DNA from: Candidatus Tayloriibacteriota bacterium
Lineage (GTDB): Bacteria > Patescibacteriota > Minisyncoccia > Phycocordibacterales > PALSA-1337
Direction of reading: 5' to 3'
DNA length: 64,000 bases
NCBI GenBank assembly: GCA_037130865.1
Contig: JBAXSG010000001.1
Location: 41,429-105,428, forward strand
Below the pieces are notes generated by a model. It was not told where the DNA came from. It worked only from the letters and a program-made list of their open reading frames with translations, and made no database searches. A program made the position numbers and the translations under genes. Positions 56,796 through 64,000 of this stretch are shown piece by piece (the first letter of the stretch is position 1; each line of letters opens with the position of its first letter).

Positions 56796-59393
56796 TTATT
56801 GTGTTTGTGCTACGTGGAAATTTAGACTGGCCTGGCCTTTATTGTAGACACCGTCGTAAACAGTCACAGATAAAACATTGTCTGCAGACAAGTCGGTGAC
56901 GTCGGCTGGCACAAAACTTATATTGAGAGGACTCTGTGTTGAAGTAAGCACGTATTTTCCATTTATATACACATCAGTCTTGGTTATTTGGTAAACATTG
57001 TTTGATCTTATTTGTATAGACAAAGGCAACTGTGGGTCTATGGTTGAACCTTCAATAGGGGACACAATGCTTATTTGGGGCGATTTCTCTGGAGTATGGA
57101 CGTCGTCGGTGGCCGTTGGGATTGGTGTGGGAACAGTCTCTCTGAAATCAGGGTGTGATTTAACATAGTTTGTAAACCAATTACGAACACCATATTCCCA
57201 ATACTGGAATTGGGAGTCTTTGGTTGGGTCTATTGGCGCCAAACCACGAGGGTCATCTTTGTTCAACCAATAAAGAATTGAGTGGACATTATTGAAGACA
57301 ACCTCTTTTTTTGTTTCTACTGGGGTGTACGGAGTTGCTACTTTTCCAGATATTGTATCTACCCAATATGAAATGCCTCCTTGCCAGACGCCATGTAATA
57401 CCGGCTTACCACTAGTATATGGTTGAGGAGGAGCCACAAAATTACTTGGAGGAAAATTCTTGGCTACTTGTGACATGAAAGCGCCCCAAAGAGGAGAAAT
57501 AATCAAACCAGCAACATTGTGTTGCATTGGAGTGTTGTCGTTGTTTCCAGCCCAAGCACCAACAACCAAATCTGGAGTGTAACCAAGAGTCCAAACATCA
57601 CGGTAGTCGTTTGTTGTACCTGTTTTTATAGCTACAGTACGGCCAACACTTTCTCCTATTGGTTTCAAACTAGCCATACGGACATTTGTATCAGAAAGAA
57701 TGCTAGAGATTTGACGCACCGCCTCTGCTGGCACAACTTGTGATGGGTTTAAGGTTGCCTTTTCCAAAACATTACCCTTACTATCATCGACTTCTAACAC
57801 AGATCTGTAAGGATTACGGACACCATCGTCAGCAAAGACACCATAAGCACTAGTGATATCAAGAAGAGAAACCTCACCACCACCAAGAACAAGTGTTAGA
57901 CCATATCTATTTGGGTCACTAAGGGTGGTTATACCCATTTCTTGGGCTGTTTGTAAGGAATCACCAATACCTGCTAAGTAAAGAGCTTTAACCGCTGGTA
58001 TATTGCGAGATTGGGCCAATGCTTGTCGTACAGTGAGTGGACCTTCGAAGATATTGTCGTATTCTCCAGGTGAATAACAAGGCGTGCTGGAAGAATATGC
58101 ACCACTTGGGTTTTCCCAAAAACCAGTTAAATTGTTGAATAGCAAATCTGGAGCAAGTGCTGGGTTTTTTGGCCTACCATCGACAGTACACTCTGTAGAA
58201 AACTCTGTTTCTGCATCGAAAAGAACAGTTTCTGGCGTATAACCCTTTTCAAACAAAGTTGTATATACAAAAGGTTTGAAAGTAGATCCTGGTTGGCGGT
58301 TTGCCAAGGCGACATTGTAATTACCATCGATACTTTCATCGAAATAATCTTTTGATCCAACCATAGTCAGAATATCTCCAGTTTTTGGATCTATAGCGAC
58401 CACGGCGGTATTACTAGCGTTGTAGTTTTCAGAGAGTGAGGCACTAAATTTTGTTACTACATCCTCTGCTTTTTTCTGCATATCATAATCAAGGGAGGTG
58501 ATAACTTTCAGGCCACCATTTAGAACAACATCCTCACCATATTTTTGTGTTAAATAATCTTTCACATACATCACAAAATGTGGGGCACGAATACTTCCAG
58601 CACTACGGGATGAGAAGATAACCTTTTCTTTTAAAGCAGCTTGGTATTCTTTGTCGGAGATCATCCCAAGAGACTTCATTCGTGATAGGACAGTTTTCTC
58701 TCTCGCATCCAAAGCGCTCTTATGTAATCCGTTTGGGGAATAATAGCTCGGCGCCTGTGGAATAGCCGCGAGATAGGCCGCCTCGGCGATAGTTACATTT
58801 TTTGCTGGTTTACCAAAGAATATTTGAGAGGCTTCTTCTATACCATAAGTGGTTCCACCATAAGGAGTTTCGTTGAAATATGCCTGCAAAATCTGATCCT
58901 TCGTCATCACTTGAGTGAGTTTGATAGCTAGAACCAACTCTTTTATCTTTCTAGTTATAGTTTTGTCTTGGGTCAATAAAGAATTTTTTATAACTTGTTG
59001 AGTGATAGTAGAAGCACCTTGGTTGTAACCACCTGTAGATATGTTGGCCAAAAAAGCTCGGATTATAGAGAGCGGTTCTATGCCGGAGTTGTGATAAAAA
59101 TTTGAATCCTCTATAGCGATCGTCGCCTGTTGAATATAAGGAGATATTTCAGAAAGGGTAACAGTTTTTCTTTTTATATTTGCTCCAGTGTCGTAAAGAA
59201 GTATTGTTCCAGTACGGTCATAGATCTTCGTAGACTCCACAACCTGTCTACTTGTGAATGAACTCAAATCTGGTATTGGTAGAGTTGCTACCCACAAAGC
59301 CATTAAACCACAAGAGATGAAGACAACAGATAAAACAATCAATAAAAGCGACTTTATATGTCGTTTATGTTTGCGATAATGATGACGTATCAT
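56796..59393 (-). CDS. class A penicillin-binding protein (PBP1A-type transglycosylase/transpeptidase) with an Ig-like C-terminal extension
   Basis: N-terminal TM, GT51 motifs (IAIEDSNFYHNSGIEP, GASTITQQVIKN), transpeptidase SxxK/SxN/KTG (STFKP..., KTGTTND) and a roughly 150-aa extra beta-rich C-terminus. Confidence 0.9.
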   Translation of the reverse strand: MIRHHYRKHKRHIKSLLLIVLSVVFISCGLMALWVATLPIPDLSSFTSRQVVESTKIYDRTGTILLYDTGANIKRKTVTLSEISPYIQQATIAIEDSNFYHNSGIEPLSIIRAFLANISTGGYNQGASTITQQVIKNSLLTQDKTITRKIKELVLAIKLTQVMTKDQILQAYFNETPYGGTTYGIEEASQIFFGKPAKNVTIAEAAYLAAIPQAPSYYSPNGLHKSALDAREKTVLSRMKSLGMISDKEYQAALKEKVIFSSRSAGSIRAPHFVMYVKDYLTQKYGEDVVLNGGLKVITSLDYDMQKKAEDVVTKFSASLSENYNASNTAVVAIDPKTGDILTMVGSKDYFDESIDGNYNVALANRQPGSTFKPFVYTTLFEKGYTPETVLFDAETEFSTECTVDGRPKNPALAPDLLFNNLTGFWENPSGAYSSSTPCYSPGEYDNIFEGPLTVRQALAQSRNIPAVKALYLAGIGDSLQTAQEMGITTLSDPNRYGLTLVLGGGEVSLLDITSAYGVFADDGVRNPYRSVLEVDDSKGNVLEKATLNPSQVVPAEAVRQISSILSDTNVRMASLKPIGESVGRTVAIKTGTTNDYRDVWTLGYTPDLVVGAWAGNNDNTPMQHNVAGLIISPLWGAFMSQVAKNFPPSNFVAPPQPYTSGKPVLHGVWQGGISYWVDTISGKVATPYTPVETKKEVVFNNVHSILYWLNKDDPRGLAPIDPTKDSQFQYWEYGVRNWFTNYVKSHPDFRETVPTPIPTATDDVHTPEKSPQISIVSPIEGSTIDPQLPLSIQIRSNNVYQITKTDVYINGKYVLTSTQSPLNISFVPADVTDLSADNVLSVTVYDGVYNKGQASLNFHVAQTQ

Positions 59394-59414
59394 ATCGCGA
59401 TATTATAACACTAA

Positions 59415-59657
59415 CTACCAATTATCACCGCTCAAGAGGTCCATATCCTCCTCGTCTTCAGTTTCTTCAGTCTCTATTTCCAAATCCTCTGGAACCTCTT
59501 CCACCAAAACCGGATCTATTACATCCAAAACCTTCAACTCATCTACCTCTTCCTTTTCTATTTTGGGTGTAGCCTTCACGATGGGGGTGACGAGCGGCCG
59601 CTTTTTTTTGTCTGATTTTGTGTGACGGGTAGCCGTCCTTTTTTGCACTTTTGTCAT
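59415..59657 (-). CDS. hypothetical small basic/acidic bipartite protein
   Basis: 80 aa: a Lys-rich N-terminal half and an extremely acidic C-terminal half ending ...DEEDMDLLSGDNW. Upstream of the PBP gene. Confidence 0.3.
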   Translation of the reverse strand: MTKVQKRTATRHTKSDKKKRPLVTPIVKATPKIEKEEVDELKVLDVIDPVLVEEVPEDLEIETEETEDEEDMDLLSGDNW

Positions 59658-59698
59658 TGTGCATAATTTGTAACAAAACAGATTTATTTTGGCAAGAA

Positions 59699-60163
59699 CT
59701 ACCGGCTGTGGATAATTGCGGCGTGTGTCAGGGCTACAGCTATCGCATCATATTCGTCATCAAGCATTTTTTTCTTTGGTAAAGAGACAAGGAGATTTAC
59801 CATTTTTATCATGCGAGATTTATCGCTCGATCCGTCGCTAGTCACAGCGGTTTTTATTTGCATAGGGCTGTATTCGTAAATAAGGACGCCTCTTTTTATT
59901 GCTTCATACATGATAATACCTCGCGCCTCAGCAACACGCATTCCGGTTTTTTGGTTTGTTGATATGAAAAGAGTTTCTATTGCCAGTGCGTCTGGTTGGA
60001 ATTTTTCTATAATTTTCGATATCTCCACACCGATCTCGCCGAGGCGTTTGTGTATATCATCTTTCGCCGATGTGCGAAAACAATCCGAGTAGAGGACGGT
60101 GTTTTTTTCGATTACTGCGATGCCGAGTCTTTCATAGCCAGGATCTATACCTAGGATTCGCAT
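59699..60163 (-). CDS. ruvC: Holliday junction resolvase RuvC
   Basis: MRILGIDPGYERLGIAVIEK...YEYSPMQIKTAVTSDGSSDKSRMIKMVNLLV... with the RuvC catalytic acidic residues. Start is at the internal Met 60163. Confidence 0.9.
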   Translation of the reverse strand: MRILGIDPGYERLGIAVIEKNTVLYSDCFRTSAKDDIHKRLGEIGVEISKIIEKFQPDALAIETLFISTNQKTGMRVAEARGIIMYEAIKRGVLIYEYSPMQIKTAVTSDGSSDKSRMIKMVNLLVSLPKKKMLDDEYDAIAVALTHAAIIHSR

Positions 60164-60164
60164 G

Positions 60165-60695
60165 TTATTCTGCGTTTGTGAAGACTTCTTGAACCTCATC
60201 ATTGTTTTCTAGATCTTCTACGATTTTTCCCAACTTTTCTATGTCGGCATCTTCCAAAGGAGTTGTGGTTGTGGCTTGCCATCCTTCATGTGTTTTTGTA
60301 AATGCCCACGAGGCGCTTCCTTGAGCTGCCAATTCGAGTTCATGTAGAGCCAATATGTGTTTAATCTCTTGTGCAGCCTTGTTTTTGTTATCAGTTAAGG
60401 CTTCTATGAGGATTGCTACGCCACCAGGACCGTAAGACTCATAGAGGTGCAGTTCCATAGCTGTACTGTTGTCGGTGGAACCTTTTTTCACCGCACGATC
60501 GATCGTGTCGTTTGGTAGGTTTTCTTTGCGGGCTTTGTCTATCGCGGCAGCGAGACCTGGAGAGAGGATGTTGCCTTTGGCTTTCTTCGACTCTACTGTT
60601 ATAAGACGGACGAATTTACCAAAAGCTTTGCTCTTTTGAGCGTCGTTTTTGGCTTTCAAGTGCTTTATTTTTGAGAATTTATTGTGTCCGGACAT
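60165..60695 (-). CDS. yebC: YebC/PmpR-family transcriptional regulator (short form)
   Basis: MSGHNKFSKIKHLKAKNDAQKSKAFGKFVRLI... matches the conserved YebC N-terminus ([23 protein letters not shown]). 176 aa is shorter than the usual roughly 240. Confidence 0.78.
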   Translation of the reverse strand: MSGHNKFSKIKHLKAKNDAQKSKAFGKFVRLITVESKKAKGNILSPGLAAAIDKARKENLPNDTIDRAVKKGSTDNSTAMELHLYESYGPGGVAILIEALTDNKNKAAQEIKHILALHELELAAQGSASWAFTKTHEGWQATTTTPLEDADIEKLGKIVEDLENNDEVQEVFTNAE

Positions 60696-60729
60696 GGTCG
60701 TTGTTGGTTATGGTGGTATTATACACGAA

Positions 60730-61047
60730 ATGAAGAAGATTTATATCAACCCTAGAATAATACAAGCGATGAGGCTTTCTGAAAATGAGAAGGTTGTTTG
60801 GAGTGTACTTCTTGGCCAGCAGTTCGGTAAAACTCCTGGGAGGATTGCTAGGTTGGCGGGAATCCCTAGAACAACGGTTGCTTATATACTCAAAAAATTT
60901 CATAAATATGGACTTGTTATAAGAGAGGTAGGCGTTTCTGGACACAGGTGTCCTGTTTGGAGATACAAGAAAGGATTGGAGTTTATGCATTATAAAAACA
61001 AAGAAGACAAAGTTCCTTTGGAAATAAGGTTTGATCACGAATGTTAA
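60730..61047 (+). CDS. small winged-helix (MarR/ArsR-like) DNA-binding protein
   Basis: 105 aa from MKKIYINPRIIQAMRLSENEKVVWSVLL...GRIARLAGIPRTTVAYILKKFHKYGLVIRE (HTH). Upstream Mets would overlap yebC. Confidence 0.45.
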   Translation: MKKIYINPRIIQAMRLSENEKVVWSVLLGQQFGKTPGRIARLAGIPRTTVAYILKKFHKYGLVIREVGVSGHRCPVWRYKKGLEFMHYKNKEDKVPLEIRFDHEC

Positions 61048-61108
61048 GTTTTGAGCCGTATTTTTGTGCCTAGGGGGGCACAAGCAATTCGAGCACATAT
61101 GCGAAAAC

Positions 61109-61123
61109 GACGAAATTTTCGTC
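61109..61123 (-). terminator. palindromic hairpin GACGAAA-T-TTTCGTC, candidate ruvB terminator (T-tract on the minus strand)
   Basis: 7-bp perfect arms followed on the plus strand by AAAAAC, which is a T-run on the minus strand. Confidence 0.45.
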
Positions 61124-61172
61124 AAAAACGCCGCGCAACCCAGGCCTAGAATTAGACCTAACTATAGCCACG

Positions 61173-61197
61173 AAAATGACGAACTTTTCGTCGTTTT
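61173..61197 (+). terminator. palindromic hairpin AAAATGACGAA-CTT-TTCGTCGTTTT, candidate terminator for the plus-strand wHTH gene
   Basis: 11-bp arms with one mismatch, followed by a TTTTTCC T-tract. It is a sequence relative of the hairpin at 61109-61123. Confidence 0.45.
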
Positions 61198-61265
61198 TCC
61201 ATATGGTGTCGCGGAGCATGTGTCCCACCAGCCTCCTTTTTGTTTTTATGAGAAAATTGTGGCCA

Positions 61266-62318
61266 CTAAAGCAACTTCGCCGATCCTGGCCGGCCACCCT
61301 TCACACCAATATGCCCATACGCCTTCTCAGTTGCTGTGCGACCACGCGGTGTTCGTTCAAGCAAACCAAGCTGTATCAAATACGGCTCATAAACTTCCTC
61401 AATCGTCGCCATCTCTTCAGACAAAGCGGCAGCAATAGTATTTAGTCCGACTGGCCCACCACCAAACTTATTTATAATCACTTTCAAAATATCACGATCG
61501 GCGCCAGTGAGTCCGATTTTATCGACACCCAACATATCCAAAGAAGCTTCAACAACATCTTTATTCAAATCCTTTTTTTGTATTTGTGCCAAGTCACGAC
61601 TCCTTTTCAGATGATAATTGGCTGTTCGAGGGGTGAATCGTGAACGGACAGCGATCTCAGCCAAAGCTTCAGGTTGAGCCTTTATTCCTAAAATCTTCGC
61701 AGAGCGACGGACAATCTCAGCTATTTCTTCATTTGAATAAAACTCCAACTTGAAGACTCCACCAGAGAAGCGTGAACGCAAAGGCGCAGATATCATAGCC
61801 ACACGCGTGGTTGCAGCTATCAAAGTAAATGGTGGCAACTCAAGTTGTATTGTTCTTGCTGAAGGTCCTTTGCCGATGATGATATCGAGAGTACCAGATT
61901 CCATAGCAGGGTAGAGAACCTCCTCAATAGCTTTGTTAAGACGGTGGATCTCGTCGATAAACAAAATATCTCCAGCCGACAAATTTGTCAGGATAGAAGC
62001 AAGGTCGCCAACTTTGAGAATTGCCGGACCGGAAGTGACTTTGATTTGCGCGCCAGTCTCTTTTGCGATCAAATGAGCAAGAGTCGTCTTTCCAAGTCCT
62101 GGAGGACCATAGAAAAGTATGTGTTCTGGTGGATGGTTGCGCTCTTTTGCAGCCGTAAGGAGGATACGCAGGTTTTCTTTTGTGTTTTTCTGGCCGATAT
62201 AGTCATCCCAGCGAGTTGGTCGTAGGGTTTGGTCTAGAAAACCAGTCTCTTTTTCATCCACGGCCACTGGAGGTGTCTTTGCGGCTCTGTTTGGCTGTTT
62301 TTTATTTTCTCTTGACAT
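61266..62318 (-). CDS. ruvB: Holliday junction branch-migration helicase RuvB
   Basis: Walker [19 protein letters not shown], Walker [11 protein letters not shown], sensor and winged-helix C-terminus. 350 aa. Confidence 0.93.
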   Translation of the reverse strand: MSRENKKQPNRAAKTPPVAVDEKETGFLDQTLRPTRWDDYIGQKNTKENLRILLTAAKERNHPPEHILFYGPPGLGKTTLAHLIAKETGAQIKVTSGPAILKVGDLASILTNLSAGDILFIDEIHRLNKAIEEVLYPAMESGTLDIIIGKGPSARTIQLELPPFTLIAATTRVAMISAPLRSRFSGGVFKLEFYSNEEIAEIVRRSAKILGIKAQPEALAEIAVRSRFTPRTANYHLKRSRDLAQIQKKDLNKDVVEASLDMLGVDKIGLTGADRDILKVIINKFGGGPVGLNTIAAALSEEMATIEEVYEPYLIQLGLLERTPRGRTATEKAYGHIGVKGGRPGSAKLL

Positions 62319-62630
62319 AATAGATAGTTTATGCTAGACTTATGGAGGTTACAAATGGAGGGCTGAAAAGCCCAAAACTCGAGCTTATGAATCTCTAAGC
62401 AATGGCCTTCCCAGGTTTGGGCATAGTGCTAAGGACATTTTGGTCATTACGCTTGTCGTAATGCCACTGGAATTATCCTCGGGACTCTGCCTCGCTTCCG
62501 ACATCACGTCGAAAGATTTTGCTTAGAGACTCTTGTGCTTGAGTCTAACTTTACCTGAACCTATCCTACCGTTTTAGCTATACAAAAAGCAATTGACAGT
62601 AGGGGATAATTTGAGCTGTAAGGATTTTCT

Positions 62631-63920
62631 TTAATTTTCCAAAGAGATCACACGCCTAAGTTCATCCATAGAAGTAACACCGGCCAATACTTTCGTCACA
62701 CCATCTTGTTTCATTGTTAGAAGACCTTGGCCTTTTGCGGCATCCCAGATTTCTCGATCACTTGAATTTTGTTGTACCACAGCCTCTATTTCACGAGTCA
62801 TTAATATGGCTTCATATATACCTATTCTGCCTTTGTAACCAGTTTTATTACATCGATCACAACCAACCGGAACATATATTTTCGAACGATCTGTTGGAAC
62901 AAGTGTTTTATCTTCTATGCCAGCAACAGTATCTTCGATCTCTTTTTTATCTTGTACCAAATCAATAGAGACTTCCTTTTTGCAATACTTACAAAGTCGG
63001 CGCACAAGGCGTTGTGCCATAGAAACACGCAAAGCCGAAGGAATAATTTTTGGATTTACACCAAGCTCAGCTAAACGAGGGAATGTTCCAGCGGCATCAT
63101 TTGTGTGGATGGTAGAGAAAACCAAGTGACCAGTAAGAGCTGAGTTGATGGCAATATCTGCAGTTTCATTGTCACGAATTTCACCGATCATAATAATATC
63201 TGGATCTTGGCGGACAGCAGCACGTAAACCATCGACGAATGTATAACCTTTGTCGTTGACCTGTGTCTGGACGATTCCAGGCAAGTGGTACTCAATAGGA
63301 TCTTCAATAGTGATAATCTTCACATCGCTTGTGTGGATCTTTTTCAGAAAGGCATAGAGAGTGGTGGTTTTTCCAGAACCAGTTGGTCCTGTAGTAAGAG
63401 TCATACCATCTGGGCGTTGTATTTCTTCAAGCAAGATTTTCAACAGTTTCGGATATATACCAAGCTCTTCAAGAGGAACACTGATAGATTTTGGATTCAA
63501 GAGACGCATAACAACCGACTCATCATATGCTCCTGGTAAAATAGAAACACGAACCTCAATATCACCGATAGGTAGATGAATACTAAAGCGGCCATCTTGC
63601 GAAGATTTCTTCACATTTAACTTCATACCAGAAATAAGTTTGATACGAGAGAGGAGCAGGGCATAGGTTTCATTGTCGAAACGAGTGACATCTTGCAAGA
63701 CACCATCTAGACGATAACGCAGACGAACATATTCTTCCTCTGGCTCCAAATGCATATCTGACGCCTCTAGTGCCAGTGCACCCGCCACCACAACTTCCAA
63801 AATTCGAGAAACACGGTAACTCTTTTTCATTGTTATGGTATTTTCCAGTATAGATATTACAGTTGGAAGACTTTTTGCCTTTTCCACAATGACAGATATT
63901 TCCTCGGCTGATATTTGCAA
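62631..63920 (-). CDS. short GspE/PilB-family secretion ATPase (second copy, lacks N-terminal GSPII domains)
   Basis: Walker A LTTGPTGSGKTTTLYA, Asp box, Walker B DPDIIMIGEIRD, His box LVFSTIHTNDAAGTF and a tetracysteine CKYC...GCDRC zinc motif (PilB/GspE-like, not PilT-like). 429 aa. Confidence 0.85.
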   Translation of the reverse strand: MQISAEEISVIVEKAKSLPTVISILENTITMKKSYRVSRILEVVVAGALALEASDMHLEPEEEYVRLRYRLDGVLQDVTRFDNETYALLLSRIKLISGMKLNVKKSSQDGRFSIHLPIGDIEVRVSILPGAYDESVVMRLLNPKSISVPLEELGIYPKLLKILLEEIQRPDGMTLTTGPTGSGKTTTLYAFLKKIHTSDVKIITIEDPIEYHLPGIVQTQVNDKGYTFVDGLRAAVRQDPDIIMIGEIRDNETADIAINSALTGHLVFSTIHTNDAAGTFPRLAELGVNPKIIPSALRVSMAQRLVRRLCKYCKKEVSIDLVQDKKEIEDTVAGIEDKTLVPTDRSKIYVPVGCDRCNKTGYKGRIGIYEAILMTREIEAVVQQNSSDREIWDAAKGQGLLTMKQDGVTKVLAGVTSMDELRRVISLEN

Positions 63921-64000
63921 TGAGCCGGCCTTACTCTCGTAAGCAAAAGAAAGGTCACGGTATCCTTTCCATGCTTTTTCAAGACTTTGTAAAGATGATA

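Noticed and set aside
62319-62630. RNase P RNA, tmRNA or 6S RNA in the ruvB-ATPase spacer
   Set aside because: No P4 (AGGAAAGTCCGGGCTCC-like) motif, no tRNA-like 3-prime end with a TTCGA T-loop, and no 6S central-bubble architecture were recognisable by eye. It is reported only as a generic structured interval.
1-64000. CRISPR arrays or other tandem direct-repeat arrays
   Set aside because: No regularly spaced direct repeats were seen anywhere. The only repeated elements are the DGR TR/VR pair and the two related terminator palindromes at 61109-61197.

Overview
This is a low-GC (about 40%) bacterial chromosome segment. Its gene content looks like a Patescibacteria/CPR-type genome: a PPIase-less trigger factor, tRNAs without encoded CCA next to a CCA-adding enzyme, type IV pilus genes and a VirB4/VirB6 conjugation-like cluster. 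It spans the replication origin (rpmH-rnpA-yidC divergent from dnaA-dnaN) and many housekeeping genes (pgk, tpiA, nusA, tig, clpP, rny, hup, rpsO, pnp, uvrD/pcrA, rsmA, ruvABC-region genes, PBP1A).

The standout is a complete diversity-generating retroelement (DGR) at 2191-4836, on an elevated-GC island inserted between pgk and tpiA:
- a reverse transcriptase carrying the DGR-type GNLTSQ motif and YADD;
- an Avd-like four-helix-bundle gene, unusually on the opposite strand;
- a 118-nt template repeat and its cognate variable repeat exactly 450 nt away, differing at 15 positions, all at template adenines of the coding strand;
- a target gene whose C-terminal 35 codons are diversified, mostly at Asn codons.

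Other notable content:
- a type IV pilus operon (pilB-pilC-two prepilins-PilX-like) plus a second short GspE/PilB-family ATPase;
- a roughly 11.5-kb plus-strand type IV secretion/conjugation-like cluster (VirB4-like ATPase, VirB6-like polytopic protein, pilin-like protein and many secreted unknowns);
- four CCA-less tRNAs (Gly-TCC, Pro-TGG, Gly-GCC, Arg-TCG) clustered with a LAGLIDADG-like HTH protein and a YraN-like nuclease;
- a split phosphotransferase pseudogene;
- a NYN-domain gene inserted in the rpsO-pnp operon;
- several hairpin terminators.

All calls come from reading the translations and the nucleotide sequence directly; no database searches were run.
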